Shown here piece after piece: positions 51,456-64,000 of a DNA stretch of 64,000 bases. The stretch spans positions 213,962,001-214,026,000 of the forward strand of contig OZ024742.1 of the NCBI GenBank assembly GCA_964016885.1, written 5' to 3'. The stretch is from Eledone cirrhosa (Eukaryota). The position numbers were made by a program, and so were the translations under genes. Under the pieces are notes generated by a model that saw only the letters and a program-made list of their open reading frames with translations, was not told the origin of the DNA and did not search any database. The stretch's first letter is position 1. Every line of letters begins with the position of its first letter.

Positions 51456-53728
51456 CGGCTAAAGGAAGAGGGCGGGGAAATCCTCACGATAGACTCAGCT
51501 GATAGCTGGATCCGTCCTACACGCCACTGCAGGTGTTCGACATAAACCCACAAGTCAGCAATGCTCGGACACTGGACAAGAGCGTGAAGGACGGTTTCGT
51601 CGCCCTGCGCGCATCTCGGACATGCCCGACTGACGGCACCTCCATGCCTGTAGAGGTTATCCCGAACTAGCAAAGCTCCTCGGTAGCACTGCAAGGCCAG
51701 GAATTTCTGGAAGTTGTCCATAGGCCCCGGCCCGAAAGTTCTTCTAAAGAGATTGGCTAGTTGATTTACGTCGACGCCTAGAGTTTACCCAAGTACGTCG
51801 TCGCTCTTCCCCTCCACTAATCTCTATAGTACGCCGAGGTGGAGTTTCGACCGATCACATTGCCGATTGGTCGAGGAGTGTGAGCGGCTGAAGAGATTCC
51901 AGTCTGGATGCGCTCCCTCTCGGTCTTCACTTGATCCAGGACTGCAGCTTCGTCAAGGAGACGAGTTGGGGAAAGACGTGTCTAGCAAACGGCGACCACA
52001 CCTGATCACCGTCGAGGAAGAGGTGGAGATGTCGTAGCCTGAGCGCGTGTCTGTGCATCATCAGCCACGGCATCCCCAGCCCTCCACGTAGCGGGTGTTG
52101 ACAGCAGATGGACCACCTGACCATCGGAGCGCGTCCGTTCCACAAAAAGCGAAAGAGCAAACGTTCCAGCGCAGTCAGGCGAGGCATAGGACAAGGCACA
52201 ACGGTCAGGCGGTAGTAGATGACGCACATGATGTACGCGTTATCCACCTCCGCTCGACCTTTCAGGGATAGCTTCCTCTCTGCCCATTTCTGGGTGAGAG
52301 AAGCCACCCTGCTCGTCACCTCATCCCAGTTTTTGTCCGTCTGGAGGTCCGGACCGAACCAGATTCCTAGCAATTAATCGGTCCGTCCGTCCAGCGCCCG
52401 ACGACGCTGTTTGACGGCATGGACCTGCCTCTCCAGGTGCCGAGCTGCAGGCCCACTGAATTTTCCTGGTTGATCATTTACCTGGTTGATCATCTACCCC
52501 CGATGATTACTGTGAGGTGGCTGCCGTCAGTGAGGTCAATTACCTCTGGGATTTCCTCAATGCTTTTTTGATCCGCTTGGATCAGGAGCTCCATCCCAGA
52601 TCCGGACCAGTTCTCCTGTTTTTCGTTTGCTATTTATATTAGGTTGGTGTTGGCCTCGATGCCGGCTAGGACGGCAGCCATTAGCCAGGGAATTTTGATG
52701 GCCGGTGGAACGTAGGTCACCCTGATCTTTACGAGGCTCTGGCCACAATAGCTTGGGACGAGTGTGAAGTCGTCGCTTCTTAATGGGGCCATGGAGTGCT
52801 CTCTGGCCTCCTGTGGTGTTCCAAAGAACACGTCCACGGTTCCATATTTCTGGCCACGTCTGATGAGGGTTTTTTTTTGCCCACACATGCGCCAAAGTTT
52901 TTTGGATTTGGGACTCAGATGCCCGTTCCACTCGGCGCGATTTTATGTTAATCGTCCGATAATACAAGGTGCATAGGCGCCGGTGCTCCATTTTATTAGT
53001 TGTGTGTGTGTGTGTGGGGGGGGGGTCGACCCTGTACCCATCTTTCTTTACCATTCTCTTGGCTTCATCTAATTCCTCCTGAGTTACCTGGATTGTTTCG
53101 TATTTTTTGGCTGCTTTGGCAAAAGACAAGGTGGTGTTGATGTTTTTGTTGTTATTCTCTTTGTTGTTGTTGCTGTTGTTATTATTGTTATTTTTGTTTT
53201 TGTTATTTTTAGTTTCAGTTGTGGTGGTGGTGGCGTCAGTGGTGTTCGGTGTGGAAGAGTCGATTCTGGGTGAATCCATTTCGATGTCACGAGAATTTTT
53301 TTTCTGTTGTCGCTGTGGTGGTGATGGGGGTGGCGGCTTCAACACCTGCATTCATTGGTAATGGCGGGAAATGAATGTCTGCATGAGACGAATTTAAATT
53401 ATTGCTATTGCTTATATTTTTAGTGTTGGCAAACGTAGTAATATTTACAATGGTGGTGTTGGTGTGAGGTGTTAGTTTGTGAGGAAGGCTGTCAGTCTGG
53501 TGTAGCTGTGAGTCGTCCATGTTTTTTTCAAACTAATTTTATGTTTGATAATTATAAAAGTTTAAATTTTGGGCTCAAGGCTCCAATCTTTTTGAGTATT
53601 CTTTTCCGAAAGCAAATTGTGTGACCCTTATAAACACTTAACAACAAACATTTTCCATAAATGGTAATTTGAAACAACTGAAAACAATAAACCTTTGCGG
53701 AGCTCACGATGATACGATTTCCTACGTA
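51456..53728 (-). mobile_element. Duplicate of Tx1 element D (3' end missing)
   Basis: Copy of 42753-45024. Confidence 0.9.
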
Positions 53729-56104
53729 TAAAGAAAATTGGCGCCGCCAGGCTTTTTGGAACACTTCAAAAGGCATGCTTGCTGGGAACAGCAAGAACCC
53801 TCCGTTAAGTCCTGAATATCTGAGGCAGCAGGTAGTGGCTTGATATTCATTTCAACGAACTTTTCAGTTAAGTAACATCAATGACTGAGACTCAAAGAAC
53901 AACAACAATAATAATAATAATAATAATTGGATTAAAAATATAACATCCCTCCACCCGAATCTGACAACCATGTTCAATGACTGCTTCATGTCGGGTGAGG
54001 TACCAGAGTGGTTTACAAACGGTACCACAGTCCTGGTAATGAAAGACCGAATCAAGGGTAACGATGTTACCAACTATAGACCTATCACATGTCTATCCGT
54101 AATGTGGAAACTGTTAACAAGCATTGTGTCTGAGGAAATCTACCATCACCTCCACACAAACAACTTGTTACCGGACGAACAGAAAGGATGCCGAAAGAAG
54201 TCCCGTGGTACAAAAGACCAGCTACTTATTGATAAGATGGTAATGAGGAATTGCAAGAGGAGACACACTGGTCTTGCGATGGGATGTATAGATTACAAAA
54301 AGGCATTCGACATGGTTCCTCATTCTTGGATAACCAAAAGCCTAGAGATCTTGAAGGTAGTAGATAACATCAGACAGTTGTTGAGCAAAAAGTATGAAGT
54401 CCTTGGAAACAGAGTTAACATCGGGTGGAGAATCCTTGGGTGTCGTGAAGATCAAGAGAAGTATCTTCCGGGGAGATAGTGTGTCCCCTCTGCTGTTTGT
54501 CCTTGCCCTGACACCCCTGACCGTTATATTGCGAAAAGTGAGAGCAGGATACAAGTTGGGAAAAGGAGAGCTTCTCATCAACCACCTCCTCTTCATGGAC
54601 GATCTTAAACTCTTTGGGAAGAGTAAGTAGCAGTTGGATGTACTTGTTGACACTGTCCGTATTTTCAGCAATGATATATGTATGGAATTTGGTATTAAAA
54701 AGTGTGGTATCCTAGTGATGAAGAGGGGTAAATTGAGCAGAATCCAGGTACCAACAGGTGAGATGATAAAGGAAATTGACGCTGAAGAGGGATATCAATA
54801 TTTAGGTGTTCTGGGGGCAGATGACATCAAGAATAAAAAAAAGAAGGAATTGATAAGATCTGAGTACATAAGGAGAGTAAGGAGCGTATTAAAATCGCAT
54901 CTAAACAGTAGGAATGCCATAAGTGCAGTGAATTCCCGAGCTGTGTCTATTATTAGGTACAGTGCGGGAATTCTGAAATGAAATGTTGCTGAACAAAAAG
55001 AAATGGATAGGAAGACTAGGAAGCTATTGACTATCTACAACATGTTCCACAAGAGGAGTGATGTCGATAGACTCTACTTAAGGCGATCTGAAGTTTGAAG
55101 AGGTCTTATCAGCATAGAGGACTGTGTTCAGATGGAGAAAAACAACCTGCACAAATACGTGACTGATAGTAGGGAGCCAATGCTCAGAATTGTACTGAAG
55201 GTGAGGACAATAGACCAGGGGATGACCAAGGAGGAAATAACAACAAGGAAGAAGAGCAACCTTCATGAAAAATCCCTTCATAGTACCTTCTTTGAGAAAA
55301 CTGAATTTAGAGATCCACAGACATGGAACTGGTTGAAAAGAGGAGACCTTAAAAAGGCTACAGAAGGAATACTAATGGCTGCGCAAGAGCAGGCCCTCAA
55401 AACGAAGTGGATGAAATACCATATTTACAAGGAGGAGGCTATCCCACAGTGTAGGATCTGTGGAGAGAGAGAGAGGAGACTGTGGCTCACATTGTATCCG
55501 AGTGTAAACACCTAGCCCAGACTCACTATAAAGGCTGGAGACATGATGTGATGGGCAGGGTGATCCACTGGCACCTATGCAAAGTAAACAATTTACCACA
55601 TTCTGAGAAGTGGTATGAGCATAAGCCAGAGTCGGTGATAGAAAACGATCAGGTGAAGGTGCTAAGGGATTTTAGGATACAGACGGACAAGAAACTGGAA
55701 CACAATAGACCAGACCTGGTGGTTTTGGACAAGGGAAAAAGATCGTGCCTGATTGTGGATGTGGCCTGCCCATTCTACACGAGAGTGGAAGAGAAGGAGG
55801 GGGAGAAAATTAACCGATACCAGGACTTAAAGTGGGAGGTAAAAAGCATTTGGAACTGCCATGAAGTCAAAGTGGTCCCGATTATCATAGGCGCACTAGG
55901 TACGATCTCAAAAGTTTCCAAGGATGGTTAAAGAAAATTGGTCCCGCCCCGCTTTTTGAAACATTTCAAAATGCATGCTTGCTGGGAACAGCAAGAACCC
56001 TCCGATAGGTCCTGAATATCTGAGGCTGCACGTAGTGGCTTGATATTCATTTCAACAAACTTTCCAGTTAAACAACATCAATGACTGAGACTCAAAGTAC
56101 AATA
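53729..56104 (+). mobile_element. Duplicate R4/Dong-like short 3' copy and 5'-truncated element
   Basis: Copy of 45025-47400 at +8704. Confidence 0.92.
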
Positions 56105-56121
56105 CTAATAATAATAATAAT

Positions 56122-59100
56122 GATTTCTTTATTGGCTACAAGGGCTGACATCAAGAAAAATATTACAGACGGCACAGGACGGTACAGGACGGTACGATGT
56201 GGGTTTTGTGCGTGTAAATATTTTTATTATTTATATAAGAAAAGAAAAAAAAAGACATAGAAACATATATATATATATATAAACAATAAAAAAGAAAATT
56301 GAAACAATGAAAAATTCCCCAATAGGGGGGAAACCTCCGAGGGTTACTCGTGGCGAAAACGACACAAAAGACCATGGCCACCCTGACCACCAGGGCAAGC
56401 GCCCTCTCTCAATTTTTCCATTTCTCAAACTACAGACGTATATTCAGAGCGGTCCCGTTCCCTCGGTCCATTCTCGCTACATTCACCCACCTTTCAACAA
56501 ACTTGCTAGAAGGCAGCACTCGCCCCCCCACCCTGATTTTCCTCTTCAAGTGAAACTTGAAAAAGTTAATTAGGGATTCGCCGAAGAGGAAAGTGTCTGT
56601 CTTTAACCTTGTCCACCACACAATCTCTTTCGCCATGGCCACCAGGCAGATGAAAACAGCCTGCCCTTCCTCCTCGAAGGAAGACGGTGAGACCATCTGC
56701 ACAATGGACTCAGTCGATAACCGGATCAGTCCTACACGCGACAGCAACTGTTCGACATAGCTCCACAAGTCAGCAATGCTCGCGCAGTGAACGAGTGCGT
56801 GCACGACGGTTTCGTCGCTCTGCGCGCATCTCGGACAGGCTCGGCTGACGGCACTTCCGTGCCTGTAGAGCTTATCTCGAACCAGCAGCGCTCCCAAGTA
56901 AAACTGCCAGGCCAAGGATTTTTGGAAGTTATCCATAGGCTCGGGGCTGAAACTTCTCCGGAAGAGAGCAAAGAGCTGATCTTCTTCGACGCCCAGGATC
57001 TCTCCGAGAATGTCCACTAGTCCTCTATAGGACGCCGACTAGTCCTCTATAGAACGCCGAGGTGGATGTTCCACCGATACGGGTGCCCAGCTGGCAGAGG
57101 TCAGTGAGCGCCGGGAGACATTCCAGCTTCGAAGCGCTATCCCTCGGTCTTTTTCTGACCCAGGACTGCAGCTCCATCAAGGAGACGAGCTGTGGGAAAA
57201 CATGCCTGGCGAACGGCGACCACACCTGTTCACCGTCAAGGAAGCACCAGAAATGTCGCAGCCTCAGCGCATATTTGCCCATCATCAGCCATGGCATGCC
57301 CAGTCCTCCACGCAACGGGTGTTGACAGCAGATGGATCGTCTGACCATGGGAGCGCGTCCCTTCCACAAAAAGCGGAAGAGGAGGCACTCCATTTTGGTG
57401 AGAGTTGGGCCGCGGCAAGGGACGACGGCGAGGCGGTAGCAGATGATGGATGCGATGTACGCATTTGCCACATCCGCAGGGCCTTTCAGGGACAGCTTCC
57501 TCTCGGCCCATTTCTGGGTGAGGGAGGCCACCTTGCTCGTCACCTCGTTCCAGTTTTTCTCCCTCTGGAGGTCCGGTCCGAACCAGACCCCGAGCAATTT
57601 AACCGGTCTGTCCGTCCAACTCCCCACGACGCTGTCGGACGGCATGGACTTGCCTCTCCAAGTGCCCAGCTGCAAGCCCACCGATTTTCCTGGTTTATCT
57701 TTGCTCCTGTCACCGCTTCGTATTCCTTGAGAGCGGTGCCGAGCATCTGGACGTGTCTGGTGCTCTACATCACCACGGTGATATCGTCGACGTAAGCCGA
57801 CTCGCATTTCCCGCATCCTAGTTCGCGTGGGACGCCCCTCATCGCCCCCAGTTTGTGCAGTAACGGCTCGAGAGCCAATACGTACAAGAGGGACGAGAGG
57901 GACAACCGTGGCGGACTGAGCGCATGATGCTGAACGGCTACGACAGGTGACCGTTCACCCTCACAACAGAGCAGATGTCGCTGTACATCGCAGCGATCCA
58001 ACCCCTGAAAACGGGGCCAAAACCGGCTGCCTCGAGGACCGCCGCCAGGTACCGATGGTCGATCCTATCGAATGCTTTGGATTGATCCAAATTGATCAGC
58101 GCCCCACCCTTGCCTGGTTCCTTAACCACCCTCTCTATGATGAATCGCATGAGGTGGAGGTTATCGTGTATCGATCTGTCCGGAATGGCGCATGTCTGCC
58201 CCTCTCCCACCAGACCCTTGACGACAAGCACCAACCTCGTTGCTAACACCTTGGCCAAACTCTTGAACTCTGCGTTTAGCAGGGTTGTGGGCCTGAAATT
58301 ATCGATAACATCCCCCTTGTTCGGGTCTTTTCTCAGCAGCGCCACAGCTCCCCGGGTCACAAAACTGGGAATGCTCCCGTTCTGCTGCCAGTTGCAGTAG
58401 ACGTCTTCCAAGAGGTCAACGAACAAGTCTGGCATAAATGCATAAAGCTCGTAGGGCAGACCATCCAAACCTGGCGATTTACCCCTCGTGCAGTTAGCCA
58501 TCGCTCCCCGTATTTCACCGGCTGTTATTGGCTTTTCGCAACACTGTGCTGCGGTCGGCGAGAGCCGAGGCAGTCCGTCGAGGTATGCACTGAAGTCCAT
58601 ACCCCGATCCGGGCTGTCGCTGTTCCCGAACTGTTCCCGAACTGCTGAAAAGCTTCACACATCTGTTCGGTTTCGAGCAACATGCACCCGTTTTGGTCAG
58701 ACAAAGACCGAATTGTGGTTTTGTTGCCACGTTGCGCCTCGGCCACCCGGGCCCATTGGACGGCTTTTGTCCCCTCGTGTTTCAGAGCACGCGCTCTAGC
58801 TCTGACAACGCAGCCTTCGTGTTTTGCGTTGAAGAATTGGTCGAGTGCCATCTCGCCGCAAGCACGTCGGTTGCGATGCCTGTCCTAAACGCCTCTTCTA
58901 GCTTTCTGACTAGCTATCCCACTACTCTATTTTCCTCTATCACTAGTCCTTTGCTAAACCTAATCGACTCTACTTTAATTGCTCTTTTCAGGGCGAACCA
59001 CCAACTGTTGTTGACGACCGCTCCCGTCAACCCCCGCTTAACTAATACGCTAATCCAGTCTCTGTATGCTTTGCGCGCCGGGAAAGACGCGTTCAGCTTC

Positions 59101-61440
59101 CAGTAACCGGGCCCTTGTCTATGAAGTCTGTCTATATCGATCTCACTGATCATAAATTTGTGGTCTGTGTAGTCGACTATTTTAAATTGTGGACAATTTA
59201 TACTGGCCTTATCTAGTTCTCTGCAGAATACCCTATGGAGATACGATCTGGATGACCCGATGCGGTTTGTCCATGTCCACATTGGCACATTCGGTGATCC
59301 AGTCGATACCTGTCAGACAGTTCAAAACGTCTGAGCAGGTTGGTGATGCTCTTGCACCCTCCTCCCCTATCCACTAGCCCCACACAATCCCAGCCTGCAG
59401 CCAAGATACCGTTCCAGTCGCCCACTAACACTAAAGACCGGGAAGTTCCAAGAAAGGTCTCTAGACGTCTGAAGAAATCTGGTCGTCCTGCCCCTGTTGG
59501 GTCGTAGACGGCTACTAGCCTGAAAGCATTGCCTTCGCTGCCGGTCACGTCCAGCACCACCGACTTACCTTCTGGGTTTAGGAAGATGGCTCGTATGGCG
59601 AGATCCAAGCCTCTCCGAAAAAGGACGGCAACCCCTCCCCCCGATCCTGGACAGCTGGGAGATGCGTATACATCGTAGCCGCCAAAGATCGGTGCGAAGG
59701 CTTGTACTTCCAAGATTATAATCTCGCTGATGGCCACCACATCTATGTTTAGTGACGTGAGGTCGTTGAGCAGGTGACCCTGCTTCCAAGATGACCACAG
59801 GCCACGTGCATTTGTACTGCCTATTCTGAGTACGGCCATGTTGGATGAGAAACGGGGCAAGTAAGAAACGGTCACTTACCTTTGGCTGGTCATGGGTGTT
59901 TCCAAGAGGATGTCAGTGTATATCCTCTTGTTAACCGAGCCGCTGAAGTCTCCAACTGCGTTGGGGAATTTTTGTTTTAAAGGTTTGTAATATTCTATTG
60001 AGATTTCAATGATGCTTATGTTTGTCGGGAGAGTTCTTGGTGTTGGTGGGGTGTAGTAGTTCTTGTCTGTGATGTCTGTATGCTGCTTTATATATTGTGC
60101 GAGTTCTTTTTTTGCTATGTTTATGGCTGTTTAGGGGGAAGGTGTTATTTTGTTGCTGTTGGGTGTGCGTGTTTTGTTTTGTTTGCGTTGTTGGTGTTTT
60201 TGGTGATGCTAGTGGTGGTGTGGTTGTTGTTGGCGGTGGTGCTTGTGGGGCTAATGGTGATGGTGGTGGTGTTGCTGCAAGTTTCTTTGCTGCCTTTACT
60301 CCTCTTTGTGTCACTTCGCTTTTGGAGAGTGAATCTAAGGGTTTTTTTCTTTTTTCTTTTTTGTGGCAGACCGTTTGCCACTTCACTCCCGCCTCAAACT
60401 CCATGTCAGATTCCGTGGCGTGTGGGAGGGTTATGTGCTCCCCGGCTGTTGGTGATGGTAGTGGAGCCCTCTCCGGCAATTTTGTTGCTGGTGCAGCTAC
60501 TTCAAATGTAGCTATTGGTGTTGCCGCCACTGATGCTGCTGCTTTAGTCGTCCGTGGCCTTGGTACCGGTGCCACGGACGTTGCTCCCCTACTCACCGTG
60601 GAAGGGGCTTCTGCGTTTGTTGACTGCCCTACTCTTTGTAGAGGTGCCTTCTTCTTCGCTGTCTTCTGCGGGCAAAAGGCCCTGAGGTGACCCTTCGACC
60701 CACAGAGATAACATTTTGGCCGTCTTCCTCTACTATAGGCAGTTGGAGTCCTTCCTCGATGTCTATGGTATCGGGGATAGCGTCGATACATTCCTGGTCA
60801 GTTTGCATAAGCCTATACTTGACCAGTTCTCTCTCCCTATTTTCTCTACTTGCAGCATAGTCGTCCTGTCCTCGATTCCAGCAAGGACAGACGCTGCCAG
60901 CGAAGGTATGGGCACGTCGGGTGGGACCTGGGTCACTTTGACCCTCACAATATTCTTCCCGAAGTAGGAGGGCGCCTAGACCATCTTCTCATTCTTTTTA
61001 GGGTTTCCAAAGTGTGAGACTTCGCTTCTTGGGGGGTGGCGAAAAGTACGTCTATTGTGGAGTACTTTCTACCTCGGATGATGTGGGTTTTGCGTGCCCA
61101 GACGCACTCCAAGGCCTTTTGGATTTGAGCCTCCGTGGCTCTCTCCATCCGATGTGAGATTTTGCTTACGGTGCTTGAAAAAATCGGGTGGAGGTTTCAG
61201 GGAGACTCTATTGGCGCTTCTTTCACCATGGCCCTTGCGACTGCCATCTCCTTCTCTGTGACTTACACTGTTTCGATATTTCGGGCGACACCTGAAAAAG
61301 AAATGGTCCCCTTTTCAGCAGCACCACTACTGGTCTTACTGGTGGCGCTGAGATCGCTGTTACAGGTAACGATGTCATTGTTGATGTTTTCGTTGGTACT
61401 GTTGTTGGTGTTGTTGTTGTTGTTTTCGTTGTAGCCCTAG
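56122..61440 (-). mobile_element. Tx1 LINE element E, near full-length decayed copy (ORF1 + ORF2)
   Basis: ORF1 pieces ~61440-59877 with RRPKCYLCGSKGHLRAFCP knuckle; ORF2 from ATG 59839 to ~56430; 3' end AATAAAGAAATC then (ATT)n. Confidence 0.93.
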
Positions 61441-61977
61441 GTGTCTGGAAGACACTCGGCATATATCTCAGAAACAATAATGAAAGAAAATAAAAATAAT
61501 AGTAATAATAAAGCCATAATGAATAGAAATACGACGTCAGTCAGCACAATCATAAAATAAAATATTTTGATGTTGATGATGATGAAGCCAATGATGGTGA
61601 CGATGGTGGTAAAGAAATATTAACAACAATAACAGCAACAAAAACGACAACAATAACTATAATGTAGCTGCGATAACAAATAGATTTATTTGTATATTGT
61701 CCATGACCTTCAGCATTATAACCTCTTTCAACAAATTTATTCAAAGAGTATGCGCTCCACAAGTATTTTGTATTGTGTATTGTGAATAACGGCCGTTTGG
61801 TAACTTTCCTGTCTTCGTGAATGTCCATTCAATAGCTGCAAATTTTATGTCAGTTTAAATGAGGCTACGAGAAAAAGGAATAGAGAAAAGAAACAAAAAA
61901 GGAAACCATTATACGACACGCACGAATAGTACCACACCCCCTCTCTCAACACGCAATTATACACGTATTCAGTATCC

Positions 61978-62041
<64 letters not shown>

Positions 62042-62135
62042 GCTTTTATATATATATACAGCTCCAACCGGGATTGATTGTAGCATATTCTATATTACAT
62101 ATATATATATATACGGATTCTGAATACATGTATAA

Positions 62136-63046
62136 TCTATATATATAAAACTGTGGTTGTCTGTCTGTCTATCGATTTTTGGCACACATTCTCCTCTTAG
62201 AATCTCTCACGGAATTGCACCGAAATTGCTATACTTGTACATTGAGCCCTAGCGAAGACATCGGAAAAAAAATATTTCAAATTGACCCACCCTATGTGAC
62301 GAAATCGAATATAATGTATCGATTTTTGAGCGTAAGTTATCAGTTATTTCCCTTTGTTCTGTTTACATTGAGCGTCTTACGTAAAAAATTACGCTGGCTT
62401 TCTTAGCGTTTAAAATGACATTAACACAATACACGAACAGTTGTCGAGCCAGCAAAATATTGACCTGCAAAATTCATCAGTTCGAACACTTAGCTTCCGT
62501 TTTGCTTCATTTCCATTTAAAAGCATTTTAAAACAATATTTTTACTTGAAAACAAGTCTATTTAAAGACTACGTAAAACAAGCAAATATTTCGTAAAAAA
62601 AAGCAAAAATTATATAGTTTATTTAAAATATATGTATCTGTAAATTTCGTTAGGCGTGCAGACAGATAGTCGTGCAGAGAGGTGATATACGCGTGCAGAC
62701 AGACAGTCGTGCAGCGAGGTGATATAGGCGTGCAGACAGACATAACTGATAATTTGGTTAACTAATGTTTTTCTCTGCGTTGCAGTGTTTACATTTTCGA
62801 TCTTTGTTAATAAATAACCATTGCAGTTTTTATCCCCAGCATCCTCTTTTGTTATAACATTCGGGTTATCGTTATGTTTTCTTAACTTCATAAGGCATAT
62901 TGTTGGTTGAGGGAATATTAATCAAAAACACCACATGCAAGTCTGCACAGTAGACACTACAGTTTTTAAGCCAAAAAAGAAACTTAACATTGTAACTTTA
63001 ACACAGCTACTGAGCGACCCCGAGCAACGCCGGGCTTTACTGCTAG
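62136..63046 (+). mobile_element. Non-autonomous Helitron
   Basis: A|TCTATATATATAAAA 5' end; 3' CCCGagcaacgcCGGG hairpin then CTAG|T; inserted at A/T with no TSD; internal ~36-bp tandem repeat 62653-62740. Confidence 0.85.
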
Positions 63047-63075
63047 TAATATATACATACATGTATATGTATGTA

Positions 63076-63120
<45 letters not shown>

Positions 63121-63196
63121 GAAGTTCTTCTGTAGGAAAGGTAAGGGAAAAGAGAGTGCTCTATGTAGGTTACAGACCTTTTTAATTATGTAATAC

Positions 63197-63298
63197 ACAA
63201 CATCAGATAATTATTACATTTACCAGTGGTTTCTTGAAGACAGATGTTTATGTCTGTCTTAAAGAAACCACTGGTAAATGAAATAATTATCTTATGTT

Positions 63299-63300
<2 letters not shown>
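63197..63300. repeat. ~50-bp near-perfect hairpin (foldback)
   Basis: acaacatcagataattattacatttaccagtggtttcttgaagacagatg / tgtctgtcttaaagaaaccactggtaaatgaaataattatcttatgttgt with a 4-nt loop. Confidence 0.9.
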
Positions 63301-63344
<44 letters not shown>

Positions 63345-63348
<4 letters not shown>

Positions 63349-63647
63349 TGGCTGCCAACTCGTTTACGAGTACGGCCACTACTTTATATCCATGTAGGAG
63401 AACCCCTACCGAAGCGCTGAACGAGTGTGACTTTTTAGTCCAGCCATCGACTTAAAAACTCTGGTACACACACTACACATGTGACAATTATTGACACATA
63501 GTGCTGGGCCCATGGTACCATGTGACGACAAGTGCAGAGAGATCTCCAGATATAAAGCAATGCCTGTGCCGTGAAGCTTTTATAGTGAGCAAAGGCACTG
63601 CACAAAGCCAGTCCCACTCTCTTAACCAAGATGATATTTACCAAAAA

Positions 63648-63650
<3 letters not shown>
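63345..63650 (-). mobile_element. RTE-type 3' end repeat (second copy of 15269-15574)
   Basis: Same boundaries and high similarity; embedded in (TA)n. Confidence 0.7.
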
Positions 63651-63679
<29 letters not shown>

Positions 63680-63681
<2 letters not shown>

Positions 63682-63764
63682 CGACGGAAATGTGGTAAGG
63701 AACTAGATGGACCATAACGCACCGTCGAAACGGCTTGAGCTCAGCCGTCGGGGTCCTACTCGTT

Positions 63765-63767
<3 letters not shown>
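63680..63767 (+). mobile_element. Miniature derivative of the PLE at 1232-2428
   Basis: Sequence of ~1235-1278 joined directly to that of ~2383-2415; flanked by (TA)n. Confidence 0.7.
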
Positions 63768-63822
<55 letters not shown>

Positions 63823-64000
63823 TAGTAAGAATTATTTCAAGAGTAACTTACTATTTTGAAAATTTGGACTGTGAACAACAATTATAATTGAGTGGCTGCT
63901 ATTTGCAGTATAGCAATATAAGGTTGCACTTACCAATGAAACGGTCGTAAATACCTGGATCCTTCTCTTAATGCTTACCTGTGTTTTCTCTTTTATACTA

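Larger units (their letters stand above)
42753..60159. repeat. 8.7-kb tandem duplication (42753-51455 = 51456-60159)
   Basis: All ORFs recur at offset 8703/8704; only a few substitutions seen; blunt junction gctgt|cggct at 51455/51456. Confidence 0.97.

Overview
Repeat-dominated, AT-rich eukaryotic (animal) DNA with no recognisable host protein-coding gene. The SINE families and dense (TA)n/(CA)n/(TATG)n microsatellites suggest a cephalopod such as Octopus (inference only). Contents: (i) several decayed Tx1-clade (L1 group, APE+RT) LINEs; one lineage sits at CTATCTA/(TATC)n sites (15.7-23.6 kb) and another at (TAA)n tracts (39.7-61.4 kb). (ii) R4/Dong-like RLE LINEs in the same (TAA)n tracts. 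(iii) A near-perfect 8.7 kb tandem duplication (42753-51455 / 51456-60159). (iv) Penelope-like elements (PLEs) and PLE-derived foldbacks carrying hammerhead ribozyme (HHR) motifs, including a ~485-bp tandem array with one intact minimal HHR per unit (retrozyme-like) and an inverted pair of U3-A8 variant HHRs with a compensatory base-pair change. (v) Two Helitrons, RTE remnants, SINEs, 66-bp and 52-bp minisatellites and a 200-N gap. Most short ORFs in the track are microsatellite or antisense artefacts. All alignments and folds were done by eye.
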